The notes under the pieces were generated by a model. The model did not search any database. It worked only from the letters and a program-made list of their open reading frames with translations, and was not told the origin of the DNA. A stretch of 64,000 bases of DNA from Candidatus Woesearchaeota archaeon. Its GTDB lineage: Archaea > Nanobdellota > Nanobdellia > Woesearchaeales > GCA-2686295. Position 1 is the stretch's first letter. Every line of letters begins with the position of its first letter. Of this stretch, positions 28,895-38,755 are shown piece by piece. Location of the stretch: assembly GCA_013202845.1 (NCBI GenBank), contig JABMPT010000008.1, positions 5,415 through 69,414 of the forward strand, read 5' to 3'. Both the position numbers and the translations under genes were made by a program.

Positions 28895-30181
28895 TCAAAT
28901 ATTGCATCTTGCCTGGCTCAACACAGGAGCTATTGTTCGTTCAACAGCTTGATCAATTAGTGCTTCTGTCATGGCACCTGGAGGCGGTGCAATTCTGGTA
29001 TATGCTCTTCTTGTTTTAGGATTATAATGCCCGTGTTTCATGAATATTCTGGGATCTCTTCCTTGACCTAACAACATTTCCAGGCATGAATGCTTTGCTG
29101 TATCTACTCCCTCCAATTCCACTCTGATTAATAAACCTCTATGATCAACTGTGACTCCTTCTATTCCTTCTAATTGTCTAACAAAGTAATCTCCGAGTTC
29201 CTTAGCTCTTTTGGGAATTCCTTCTCTGTCTATATATTCAAGTGAAGCGCACGCAGCTGCACAAGCTAATGAATAACCACCAAAAGTGCTTCCATCACTG
29301 CCGGGTGTGTAGATTCTCATAAACTGCTCAGTTCCAACAACTGCTGAAACAGGAATAATGCCTCCTCCTAAGGCCTTACCCAAAGTTACAAAATCAGGTC
29401 TAGCTTCATCTCCATACTCTTGCCAAGCCATCATATAACCACATCTACCTAATCCTGTTTGAATCTCGTCTGCACCAAAGAATATATCCCTTTCTGTTGC
29501 AAGTCGTCTTATTGCCATATAATGGTCTTTTGTAGAGAATAATGGTCCTCCTTCTCCCTTGTGTGTCTCAACAAATATTCCAACTGTATTTTCGTTGATT
29601 GCAGCTTCAATAGCTTCAACATCATCATCAGCAACAACCACGCCCGGTGCTCTTGGCACTCTTCTGTTTGACTGGTCAGGATCAAACAGTGCATTTGATG
29701 CAAATATCCAGGTTCTTCCATGAAAATAATCCTTAGTAAGGATTACTTCAGGATTTTCAATGCCTCTTTCATGGCCATGCATTAATAACCCACTAATAGC
29801 AGAATCTGTTGCAGAACCCCCATCACTTTTTGAGAGAACTCTGTCATAACCAGTCAACTGCGCAACCAATTCGACAAAATCGGCATATCTTACAGAGAAA
29901 AGAGCTCTGCTTACCAAGTCACAACCATGCTCCATTTCTCTCTTTACAGCTTCTATAACCCCTTCATGCCCATGTGATAAGACTGCTGAGTAAGCAGATA
30001 GAAAGTCTAGTGCTTTGTTTCCATCTGGATCAAATAACCATGGTCCTTGTGCTCTATATACAACAAAAGGATAAGGTTCATAATTTCTTGCACTGTGACC
30101 CTCTATTCTTCTAATAAGCTCTGCACTTTGCGGTCCTAACGGACCATAGTTTCTATCTCTAAAAGGTATAAATTTTGCCAT
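28895..30181 (-). CDS. class III pyridoxal-phosphate aminotransferase (ornithine/acetylornithine AT-like)
   Basis: ADEIQTGLGRCG, TLGKALGGG. Start moved to ATG at 30181. GC-richer. Confidence 0.75.
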   Translation of the reverse strand: MAKFIPFRDRNYGPLGPQSAELIRRIEGHSARNYEPYPFVVYRAQGPWLFDPDGNKALDFLSAYSAVLSHGHEGVIEAVKREMEHGCDLVSRALFSVRYADFVELVAQLTGYDRVLSKSDGGSATDSAISGLLMHGHERGIENPEVILTKDYFHGRTWIFASNALFDPDQSNRRVPRAPGVVVADDDVEAIEAAINENTVGIFVETHKGEGGPLFSTKDHYMAIRRLATERDIFFGADEIQTGLGRCGYMMAWQEYGDEARPDFVTLGKALGGGIIPVSAVVGTEQFMRIYTPGSDGSTFGGYSLACAAACASLEYIDREGIPKRAKELGDYFVRQLEGIEGVTVDHRGLLIRVELEGVDTAKHSCLEMLLGQGRDPRIFMKHGHYNPKTRRAYTRIAPPPGAMTEALIDQAVERTIAPVLSQARCNI

Positions 30182-30261
30182 AATGAACACTCAATCTTAT
30201 TAATTTAAAAAAAACGGATTATATAAAGATATCTAAATAAGAATTAACTTTTTAGAAATCT

Positions 30262-31047
30262 TCAAAGGCTCTCTTGCGCCTCTCTTTTGCTTTGTCTGTA
30301 TAGCTCGTTAGAAGGGTTTAGTTCTATTGCTCTGTCAAAGTTTGGTATTGCTTCTTCTAGTTTTCCTTGGTCTGCTAGTACTTCTGCTTTGTTAATCCAT
30401 GCGTTTGAAAGTGTTGGGTCTATTTCTATTGCTTTATCATAGCATTTTATCGCTTCTTCTGACTTTTCTTGTTTGTCTAGTGCTGTTCCTTTGTTGTTCC
30501 ATGCCTTTGCGTATTCTGGGTCTAGTTCTATTGCTTTGTCATAGTGTTGTATTGCTTCTTCTAGCTTTTCTTGTTTGTCTAGTGCTAGTCCTTTGTTGTT
30601 CCATGCGTTTGGGTCTTTTGGGTTTAGTTCTATTGCTCTGTCTAAGTTTTGTATTGCTTCTTCTAGCTTTCCTTGTTTGTATAGTGTTGCTCCTTTGTTA
30701 CACCATGCATTTGCGTGTTTTGGGTCTAGTTCTATTGCTTTATCATAGCATTTTATTGCTTCTTCATATCTCCCCAAGTCATTTAGTGCTAGTCCTTTGT
30801 TGTTCCATACTGTTGCGTGTTTTGGTTTTAATTCTATTACTTTATCATAATTTCGTATTGCTTCTTCTAGCTTTCCTTGTTTGTATAGTGCTAGTCCTTT
30901 GTTGAACCATGTCGTTGCTTCTCCCTTCCCTATTACTAGCAAGAACAAATTTTGAAGTCTTCTTGTTATAGTTTGTTTTATCTTAATCTCTATCTCTGCC
31001 AACTCTTCAAACTCACGTTCCAGATCTAGTCTTTTATCCAAAGTCAT
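30262..31047 (-). CDS. TPR-repeat protein (paralog 2)
   Basis: Same N-terminus (MTLDKRLDLEREFEELAEIEIKIK) and TPR units as 20951-22147. Confidence 0.8.
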   Translation of the reverse strand: MTLDKRLDLEREFEELAEIEIKIKQTITRRLQNLFLLVIGKGEATTWFNKGLALYKQGKLEEAIRNYDKVIELKPKHATVWNNKGLALNDLGRYEEAIKCYDKAIELDPKHANAWCNKGATLYKQGKLEEAIQNLDRAIELNPKDPNAWNNKGLALDKQEKLEEAIQHYDKAIELDPEYAKAWNNKGTALDKQEKSEEAIKCYDKAIEIDPTLSNAWINKAEVLADQGKLEEAIPNFDRAIELNPSNELYRQSKREAQESL

Positions 31048-31066
31048 AATAATGGAAAGTAAATGA

Positions 31067-31083
31067 TTTTTTTAAAGGTTTTA
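31067..31083 (-). promoter_or_regulatory. TTTTTTTAAAGGTTTTA TATA-like promoter element of TPR paralog 2
   Basis: 20 nt upstream of the start at 31047. Confidence 0.45.
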
Positions 31084-31195
31084 CCAAAAACACATTAAGA
31101 ATTAATTTTTTCTTATGCCTTGAGCAAACTCAAAAACAGTTTCGTGACTACAAAAAACAACAAAATTTAAATATGTGGTCACCTTATAAGTTTAT

Positions 31196-32104
31196 ATGTT
31201 TCTTGAAAAGAGAAAAGCAGGAAAGAACATAAAATATTATTTGGTTCATTCATACAGAGATAAAGACAATAAAGTTGTAAAAATAAGACGATTTCTAGGA
31301 AGCAATTTATCAGAAAAAGAACTTAAAAAACTTAAAAAAAGAGCAGAAGAAATCATCAGCCAACAAATAGAAGATATGAAAACAAGTGTTTTTGACTTTT
31401 CTTTAACAGATAAAGAGATTCAATCGCTCAATAGATTCAGTGAAAAAATTGAAATTGTTCATTTTGATGATAAACAATGGCAACAATTTACAGAAGAATT
31501 CGTATATAATACTAATGCAATAGAAGGCTCAAAAGTATTAGAAGAAGAAGTCCCATACATACTAAGGAGAAAAGAAACAACAAACACTGATGAAATAGAA
31601 ACAAAAGGAGTTGCAAAAGCAGTTAAATTCATAAGAACTACAAAAGAAGATTTATCTTTAAAGTTGATGCTCAGATTACATGAGTTTTGTTTTAAAGGCT
31701 CAAGACCTTTTGCAGGTAAATTTCGAGATATTGAAGTAGGAATAAGAAATGGTTATGGAGAAATAATTCACCAAGGAACACTTGTTAAAGACCTAAATAA
31801 AGAATTAAATGAATTTATTTCATGGTATAAAAAAAATAAAAATAAGTTTAGACCATTGGTCTTAGCAGCAATCATACACAATCAATTCGAAGATATACAC
31901 CCATTCCAAGATGGAAATGGACGAGTGGGAAGATTGTTGTTAAATTTTGTTTTGTTAAAAAACAATTATCCGCCAGTAAACATCTTATTAGAAGATAGAA
32001 TAGAATATTACCACACATTACAAGAATATCAAAAAAACGATAAATTAAAACCAACACTTAAATTCTTAATAAAACAATACAAGAAAACACTGAAAAATAG
32101 GTGA
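31196..32104 (+). CDS. Fic/Doc family protein (AMPylation-type)
   Basis: HPFQDGNGRVGR Fic motif. Confidence 0.8.
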   Translation: MFLEKRKAGKNIKYYLVHSYRDKDNKVVKIRRFLGSNLSEKELKKLKKRAEEIISQQIEDMKTSVFDFSLTDKEIQSLNRFSEKIEIVHFDDKQWQQFTEEFVYNTNAIEGSKVLEEEVPYILRRKETTNTDEIETKGVAKAVKFIRTTKEDLSLKLMLRLHEFCFKGSRPFAGKFRDIEVGIRNGYGEIIHQGTLVKDLNKELNEFISWYKKNKNKFRPLVLAAIIHNQFEDIHPFQDGNGRVGRLLLNFVLLKNNYPPVNILLEDRIEYYHTLQEYQKNDKLKPTLKFLIKQYKKTLKNR

Positions 32105-32245
32105 CCACAAATAAAGAATATTAAATTATGGTAGACACCTTATAGACGAGAAGTTACCATTACAAATATATAATTAGTGTGTTTTTAGAGAAAAAGAAAG
32201 TGCCCCGAGCGAGAAAAAAAGGAATAAATAAAAAAATTAAATTAT

Positions 32246-32752
32246 TTATTCAGCAGAAGAATCTGCGTATAGGAATCTATACCAAGGGGCTTTCTCAGTT
32301 AATTTACCTTCATTATCTAAGTTAAACCTTTTAGTTGCTTTTCCTTTAATAAATCCAAAGTACTTTACTTGTTCTTTAGCTTTTATCTTAACTTCGCCAG
32401 TTTCTTCATCAACTTCTTCCACTTCAACATCTTCAAGAGTTCTATTAGCGACTCTTGCTTCAAAAGCTTCCATGTTTGTTTGTAGTCTTGCTCTTGCGTT
32501 CTCATTAGTGACTTTTGTCAAAGCCATTTCTAAACCAGTAACTTTAGGTTTACCAGCTTTTTCAGGTTTACCAACATCATCAGGTTTACCAGCATCTTCT
32601 GGCATATTAATAAGTTCTGGCTGACCAGTTTCATCAGGCATACCAGTAGTTTCCGGTCTGCCAACATCATCAGGTGCATTTCCCTGTCCTTGAGCCATAA
32701 CAATAGAACTCATCAAAAACAAAGCAATTAATAAAACTATAACTTTTCTCAT
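32246..32752 (-). CDS. secreted protein with Pro/Asp/Glu-rich short repeats
   Basis: Signal peptide; G.P(D/E)..G.P repeats. Confidence 0.4.
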   Translation of the reverse strand: MRKVIVLLIALFLMSSIVMAQGQGNAPDDVGRPETTGMPDETGQPELINMPEDAGKPDDVGKPEKAGKPKVTGLEMALTKVTNENARARLQTNMEAFEARVANRTLEDVEVEEVDEETGEVKIKAKEQVKYFGFIKGKATKRFNLDNEGKLTEKAPWYRFLYADSSAE

Positions 32753-32894
32753 AATATCACCGAATTTATGTATTATTATTCATATATAAAAAAGTTATTA
32801 TTTTACCCTAAAAGATTGAACGAATAATAAAGTGCCCCGAGCGAGCTTATCCCCTCTACAACCTTTATATATAAATCTTCTTTCCTGTTTTTTT

Positions 32895-33365
32895 ATGAAG
32901 GCTTTTTCAAGTGCTGAAATTGAAGGAACTAGAAACTTCTTTAGGAATAAAGACTTTCAAGAAGTGGAAGTATCTTTAGGTGATAGAACCTTTTCTTATT
33001 TCGTTATTCCTCAATATATGGAACCAAACTTAGCTGATTTTGTAGTTCGTTTAACAGGAGATCCTGAAGATGGTTATGTTCTAGGTGTTTCTGACAGCGT
33101 TGATTCAAGATATAGGCAATATGCTGTGGTTCATGAATTCATAGAGTTCATTGAGATAGGAATCAACACTAAAGACAGATGTGTAAAAGCCTTGGATGAA
33201 GAGTTAAAATTGGTTCCTGAAGACTTAAAGCCAGGTTACATTAGGATGAGAACTGAATTCTTTAGAAATCTGATTCCTTACTGCTCAAAACAGCTTGCGT
33301 TGTATACAAGTGATGATTTGAATCAATTTAGAAAGAATCTTGCTAAATTAGAAGAATTAGTATAA
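32895..33365 (+). CDS. hypothetical protein, paralog B of 20016-20486
   Basis: Start set at MKAFSSAEIEG by alignment with paralog A; TTTATATA about 25 nt upstream. Confidence 0.5.
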   Translation: MKAFSSAEIEGTRNFFRNKDFQEVEVSLGDRTFSYFVIPQYMEPNLADFVVRLTGDPEDGYVLGVSDSVDSRYRQYAVVHEFIEFIEIGINTKDRCVKALDEELKLVPEDLKPGYIRMRTEFFRNLIPYCSKQLALYTSDDLNQFRKNLAKLEELV

Positions 33366-33422
33366 TAAATATCTTATCCCTTCCCATAATAACCCTTTAC
33401 CAATAAACACTCTAGAATTTAT

Positions 33423-34103
33423 CTATTTCTTTTTCTTTCTCTCTTCATATCTCTTCTTTGATCTTTCTAGGATTTTATCCCAATCTCTGGTCACACTAGC
33501 TGTGCCATCTTTGTTAATGACGACTTTGCTATCTCTATGGCCACGACAGGCCATCGTCCTTCTAGGTCCTTTGTCTTTTCTAATCTCTTCAAATATGTCA
33601 TCAAGTTCTTTATCAGTGTAAGGTATTGCTGATCTTAAACTTTTAGTATCAACTGTTTCTATATCACCTACTGCTATTACCATTGCTTTGAATATGTCAA
33701 CGAGTCCATATTTTTCTTTTTTAAAATCCGCTAATATTTTATGAGCTTTTGCCTCGTCTTCGTCTGGTAAGGTTACGCAAGCTGCAGCACGTTTTAATTG
33801 AACGCTTGCTTCATTAAGATTAAATCTCCATTCAAGAACATTTTCTAATTCTTTTTTCTCATATCCACATTTTATACATCCTAAAAGCTTGTAAGTTCCA
33901 TCAGATCCATGGTGTAATCCTTTCTTCTTGCATTTTGGACACGTTCCATCTCCTGCTAGGAGCATAATAGGCGGACCGGTATATTTATAGTTTTTATTCT
34001 CAGCATATAGTTTATCAGTCCATATTAGTCCACATTCTCTACAGATATTCTCATCTCCTTCTACATCAACTTTAGAACTCTTACATACAACACATTTAAT
34101 CAT
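33423..34103 (-). CDS. zinc-ribbon protein (two C-x2-C...C-x2-C ribbons, TFIIB-like N-terminal ribbon)
   Basis: CVVCKS...CRECG and CPKCKK...CIKCG. Confidence 0.4.
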   Translation of the reverse strand: MIKCVVCKSSKVDVEGDENICRECGLIWTDKLYAENKNYKYTGPPIMLLAGDGTCPKCKKKGLHHGSDGTYKLLGCIKCGYEKKELENVLEWRFNLNEASVQLKRAAACVTLPDEDEAKAHKILADFKKEKYGLVDIFKAMVIAVGDIETVDTKSLRSAIPYTDKELDDIFEEIRKDKGPRRTMACRGHRDSKVVINKDGTASVTRDWDKILERSKKRYEERKKKK

Positions 34104-34226
34104 TTTATGGTAAAGTATTGATATTATTTAACTTTTTCCCCTATCCCTTTCCTCTATAATCTTTAACAACTTTCTCTATTTATTATTTTTATTTTCAACA
34201 AGGGTCATTTTTCCAGCTAATTAGCT

Positions 34227-34529
34227 CTAATCACAATATCCTATTGCTTGGCCTGTACTACTATTATTTTCATACCATTCTTCTCGCTCTGACGGCCCTG
34301 TTATTTCTTCGTATACGTTCTTTATTATTGAATGTCTTCCTTCGAATGCTATATTATCAATTGTTTCGTATGCTGAGAATATTGTTAGCCCTGCTGCCAG
34401 CCAGAACCACTTAGGGATTATTCTGCGTTCTTTTTTTATCTTTATTTTTGTACTCTTCAACTCTTTAAACTCTCTCTCAGGATCAACTACTTTCTCATCG
34501 ATAGCCATCAGAACTAAAAGAAAGCTCAT
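34227..34529 (-). CDS. small membrane hypothetical protein
   Basis: Single transmembrane helix; promoter block directly upstream. Confidence 0.3.
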   Translation of the reverse strand: MSFLLVLMAIDEKVVDPEREFKELKSTKIKIKKERRIIPKWFWLAAGLTIFSAYETIDNIAFEGRHSIIKNVYEEITGPSEREEWYENNSSTGQAIGYCD

Positions 34530-34557
34530 TGTTTTTTTAAAGGTTTATTAGAAATCT

Positions 34558-35034
34558 TCAAAGGTTCTCTTGTGCTTTCTTCTTGTTTTGCCTGTATACT
34601 TTTTTAGATGGGTCTAGTTCTATTGCTCTTTCATATGCTTTTATTGCTTCTTCTGGCTTTCCTAGTTCGTTTAGTGCTATTCCTTTGTTGTTCCATGCGG
34701 TTGTGTATTCAGGGTTTATTTCTGTTGCTCTGTCATAGCTTTCTATTGCTTCTTCTAGTTTTCCTTGTTCGCCTAGTGTTGTTCCTTTGTTGTTCCATGT
34801 GTCTGCGTCTTTTGGGTTTATTTCTATTGCCCTGTAAAAACATTCTACTGCTTCTTCTAGTTTTCTTTGGTTGTATAGTTCTACTCCTTTGTTGCTCCAT
34901 TTGTATCCCTTCCCTGTTACTAGTCGGAACCAATTTTGAAGTCTTCTTGTTATCTTTTGTTTTTTTATCTCAATCTCTACATTCTCCGACCCTGTTTTAA
35001 GATTTACTTCTTTCTCCAAAGGCATTTTAAACAA
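34558..35034 (-). CDS. TPR-repeat protein (paralog 3, short)
   Basis: Three TPR units; N-terminus shared with the other two copies. Confidence 0.7.
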   Translation of the reverse strand: MFKMPLEKEVNLKTGSENVEIEIKKQKITRRLQNWFRLVTGKGYKWSNKGVELYNQRKLEEAVECFYRAIEINPKDADTWNNKGTTLGEQGKLEEAIESYDRATEINPEYTTAWNNKGIALNELGKPEEAIKAYERAIELDPSKKVYRQNKKKAQENL

Positions 35035-35043
35035 AAGAAAGCT

Positions 35044-35063
35044 TATTATTTTTTAAAGGTTTA
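35044..35063 (-). promoter_or_regulatory. TTTTTTAAAGGTTTAA TATA-like element of TPR paralog 3
   Basis: About 10-28 nt upstream of the start at 35034; another copy at 34533-34549 upstream of 34529. Confidence 0.45.
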
Positions 35064-35072
35064 ACTAAAAAC

Positions 35073-35813
35073 TTATCCTTCTGCAATAACTAAATGTTCT
35101 TCAACATCTTCTCTGTGTGTTTCTCTATTAGAATCTAAGGAACTGGCATGACCATATTCAGCAGTTAGGATTTCTGTCATAAGACTCAATTTATCCTCGA
35201 ATGGAATGTGACCTAAACTTGCAGCTTCTTCAGGAGTCATAGAATATACTTTTACACCAGTCATTTTAGCTGTTTCTGGATCAATTCCCTCAAACCATAA
35301 AGAACTCGTTAAGTGAGCTTCATCAACTTTTCTTGAAAGATCATCAACTTCGTCCGAAGTAAATTTCCTAAAACCATTTCTTTGATACATCTCGCTTAAC
35401 TGTTCGGTTGTCAAGGGGTATTCTTGAATACGAGATTCCTCAACAATTATTTCTCCAGGTCTTTGTGGTCTCATAATTAAAGTCTTATCTCTTTCTCTAG
35501 ATAATGTCTTTGAATGATCTAATAACAGTTTTCCTATTCCATTTCTAAAGTAGGCTGGATCAACTTTTAGCATTCTTAATTCTAAAAATGTTGGTTCAAC
35601 ATCAAGCAAAGAAGATTGTCTTGTAACAAATCCTGAATAACCTAACAATTCTCCTTTATAATCAGGACTTGTTGCCAATAAAGCAAATGGAAAATCTCCA
35701 TTTTTTAATTCTGCTTCTCTAATATTTACTGATGTTGAAGAACCATTTAATTGAAGTTTAGTAGTTCCTCTATCTCTTGAAGATTTTATATGTTTTTTTT
35801 TAATCATGTCCAT
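35073..35813 (-). CDS. hypothetical protein
   Basis: 246-aa ORF. Confidence 0.35.
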   Translation of the reverse strand: MDMIKKKHIKSSRDRGTTKLQLNGSSTSVNIREAELKNGDFPFALLATSPDYKGELLGYSGFVTRQSSLLDVEPTFLELRMLKVDPAYFRNGIGKLLLDHSKTLSRERDKTLIMRPQRPGEIIVEESRIQEYPLTTEQLSEMYQRNGFRKFTSDEVDDLSRKVDEAHLTSSLWFEGIDPETAKMTGVKVYSMTPEEAASLGHIPFEDKLSLMTEILTAEYGHASSLDSNRETHREDVEEHLVIAEG

Positions 35814-35877
35814 TCAAGCAGGAAATCAAGAGAATTATAAAAAGGTATAGCTCAAAATAACAACCCTTAAAGATTAT

Positions 35878-36480
35878 CTATTTTTTAATATTAGAAAGCA
35901 TTCTATTATGTAAATCTTCATATCTGCGAGGATTATTCGTAACTCTTTTTATTAATTCAAGAGTGTCTTTTGATGAAAAATCCGGATCATATGGTTCCTT
36001 TCCTCCCGGAGCAGACACTTTTGAGACTGTTCCATTCCTAAAAATCCGAAACTTAGGAAAATCAAATCTTCCTTTTTCATTTATCGCTAAGATAGGAAAT
36101 TTAATCTCTCTAGACAATTCTATAGATAATTTATTCACAATCTCATAATCAATTACAGGAAGATAGAAATAAGAACTTAAATCAGGAGCATAAAGATAAG
36201 CAGCATCAAAATCCATTGTGCCAATCTTATAAAAAAAGTACATCATTGGTTCTTTTGGCAAACTAAAATCATACTTCAATAAAGAATCTTTCAACTCTTC
36301 AGCAAGCGTGTCTATACTATGAATTCCAATGTCTATAGCACTAGCATCTAATTGATCTTCTGGAGTCTTGAAATGTGCTTCAACGCCATTGGATTTAAGT
36401 ATTCTAATGATTTTCTCAAGATCAACATAGAACTCAGGAGAAGTCTCTTCTCGAACAATTAAGCTATCATTATTGCTCAT
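35878..36480 (-). CDS. hypothetical protein
   Basis: 200-aa ORF. Confidence 0.35.
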   Translation of the reverse strand: MSNNDSLIVREETSPEFYVDLEKIIRILKSNGVEAHFKTPEDQLDASAIDIGIHSIDTLAEELKDSLLKYDFSLPKEPMMYFFYKIGTMDFDAAYLYAPDLSSYFYLPVIDYEIVNKLSIELSREIKFPILAINEKGRFDFPKFRIFRNGTVSKVSAPGGKEPYDPDFSSKDTLELIKRVTNNPRRYEDLHNRMLSNIKK

Positions 36481-36522
36481 TATAAAATAGAAAAGGCATT
36501 TATTATTTAATCCTTTCTATCT

Positions 36523-36969
36523 CTATTTAGAATACTTCTTTTCAATATCTCTTATCTTATTTATTCTTCTTTCATGCCTGCCGTCTTCAAACTCTGTTGT
36601 GAAGAAGGTTTCTATTATTTCTTTTAAATCCTCAGCTCTTGTGTTCCATCCTGACAATACCAATATATTGGCATCGTTGTGCTCTCTGCTTATCTTTGCT
36701 TCTTTTTTTGTGTGACAGAGAGCTGCTCTTATTCCAGGAACCTTATTAGCGACAATACTCATGCCTACTCCTGTGCCGCATATCAATATTCCTTTAGCAT
36801 TCTCTTCAACAACTCTTTTAGCAACAATCAGTGCATGATCCGGATAGTCATCATTTTCATCAAAGAAAGGAGAGATATCTTCCAAATCCCAACCCATAGA
36901 ACTCAATAATCTTTTAATCTCTTCTTTCAACTTAAAACCTGCATGGTCAGAGCCGATGTAGATTGTCAT
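36523..36969 (-). CDS. rpiB: ribose-5-phosphate isomerase B
   Basis: IYIGSDHAGF, ICGTGVGMSIVANK. Confidence 0.85.
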   Translation of the reverse strand: MTIYIGSDHAGFKLKEEIKRLLSSMGWDLEDISPFFDENDDYPDHALIVAKRVVEENAKGILICGTGVGMSIVANKVPGIRAALCHTKKEAKISREHNDANILVLSGWNTRAEDLKEIIETFFTTEFEDGRHERRINKIRDIEKKYSK

Positions 36970-37057
36970 AATGATTTAATTAGTAGAGTAACTATAAAAA
37001 GTTTATGATAGGTTTTTATTAAAAAATTTTATATAAGAATTTTAATTCCCTGTCTGA

Positions 37058-38059
37058 ATGGGAAACACTGTCTTGCAATCAACTCGTTTTTTAGTTGAGA
37101 ATCCTTCTTATGTTAGGATAAATCATGAAAGACTTGAGGAGTTTGCTGAAATGTTTTCTAAGTATGATTTGACATTGCCAGCCTATGATTACTTTGGTCT
37201 GCCTGAGGGAACTGATAACACAGTGATTGATTTCTTTGTGTTGATTAATACAATCAATTTTGCATATGTAGACTTGGAGACTAAAAAACTATTCAAAACA
37301 TTCCACAATGGAAAAGAGATTAATGATTATGCTGCTCTATGCGTTTGTTTTAAGAGATCTCTTGAAGAAGGAATGTCTGTTCTGGAGGGTGAATTCTTAA
37401 AGGATATTTCTGAGGATGATTTGGACAGTATACTTAGCAGGGATTCAAAGATTCATATGTTTGAGGAGAGGTTAGATATTTTGAGGGAAGTTGGTCAGGT
37501 GCTATGTGAAAAGTATGATGGACACTTTCATAATATCCTTGCTGAGTCTAATAACCGGCTTTTCAACAATGGAACTGGTTTTGTCGAACGTTTAATAAAT
37601 GACTTTCCTTCGTTTGATGATTCTGTTCAATATCAAGGTAAATTGGCGAGGTTTGATAAGCGAGCACAGCTGGCAGGTGGTATGTTGTATGGGAGGTTCA
37701 AGAACGCGGGCATAGATTTGTTTGAGGATGTCGATGAGTTAACTGTGTTTGCAGATTACATTCTTCCGAGGGAGTTTAGAGACTTAGGTGTATTTGTGTA
37801 TGAAGATAGATTAGCTGAGAGAATAGATCTCAGAATGCCAGTATTGTCTGAATCTGATGAAGAATTGGAGATGAGAGCTGGCACTGTTCACACAGGTAAG
37901 GGATTCGTTGACGGAATTAATAAATATAGGAATGATAAAGAAAAAATAAATTCTATACATGCTGATAGCTTTTTTTGGTCTTTCTCTAGGAATGGTGAGA
38001 AAGAAAGACTCAGCATTGAATCAACCCCTCATCACCTAACCAAAACGATTGCTTATTAA
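37058..38059 (+). CDS. hypothetical protein (possibly DUF2419/queuosine-salvage-like)
   Basis: Weak recollection of the KRAQ-containing family; not secure. Confidence 0.3.
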   Translation: MGNTVLQSTRFLVENPSYVRINHERLEEFAEMFSKYDLTLPAYDYFGLPEGTDNTVIDFFVLINTINFAYVDLETKKLFKTFHNGKEINDYAALCVCFKRSLEEGMSVLEGEFLKDISEDDLDSILSRDSKIHMFEERLDILREVGQVLCEKYDGHFHNILAESNNRLFNNGTGFVERLINDFPSFDDSVQYQGKLARFDKRAQLAGGMLYGRFKNAGIDLFEDVDELTVFADYILPREFRDLGVFVYEDRLAERIDLRMPVLSESDEELEMRAGTVHTGKGFVDGINKYRNDKEKINSIHADSFFWSFSRNGEKERLSIESTPHHLTKTIAY

Positions 38060-38094
38060 AAAATTTTATAAACATTAATAATATTAGTTTCTTC

Positions 38095-38709
38095 ATGGCA
38101 AAAGTATCAGTTTCTATTTTGAATGAAAACTTCACTCAGGAAGCAGTTGATAGTGTAAAATCTGCTGATATGATTCATTTCGACATAATAGATGGCCGGT
38201 TTGTTCCTGATAAGACTGTGTGGGCTGATGTTGTCGACTTGTTGAGAACTGATCTGCCAAAGGATGTTCATCTGATGACTGTCAATCCTGAAGAGCATGT
38301 TGATGAATTCTTAGACGCTGGAGCAGATAGAATTTCTTTTCATATTGAAGCAACTGATTGTCCTGAGTCAATAATTGGTCTCATACATGCAAAAGGTGTC
38401 AAGGCAGGTATTGCCATCAAGCCAAGCACTGATTTGGAAGCTATTTCTCGTTTTCTAAAGGATGTTGAGTTTGTTTTGGTAATGTCTGTAGAGCCTGGAG
38501 CAAGCGGCCAAGGTTTCATAGAATCTATTATAGACAAGATAAAGGACATAAAAAAGAGATTCCCTAACCTAGAGATAGAGGTTGATGGCGGTATAGACGA
38601 CAAAACAGGTAAACAAGTTATAGAAGCAGGTGCAAATATCCTTGTCTCAGATTCTTATATACATGAAGGTAATTCTAAAGAGAAAATAGATGTTTTGAAG
38701 AAAATATAG
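38095..38709 (+). CDS. rpe: ribulose-phosphate 3-epimerase
   Basis: HFDIIDGRFVP, MSVEPG..GQ.F. Confidence 0.85.
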   Translation: MAKVSVSILNENFTQEAVDSVKSADMIHFDIIDGRFVPDKTVWADVVDLLRTDLPKDVHLMTVNPEEHVDEFLDAGADRISFHIEATDCPESIIGLIHAKGVKAGIAIKPSTDLEAISRFLKDVEFVLVMSVEPGASGQGFIESIIDKIKDIKKRFPNLEIEVDGGIDDKTGKQVIEAGANILVSDSYIHEGNSKEKIDVLKKI

Positions 38710-38755
38710 AGGAATTAATTACAATTGGAGTAAAATTCTATAAGTGCGAGGAAAA

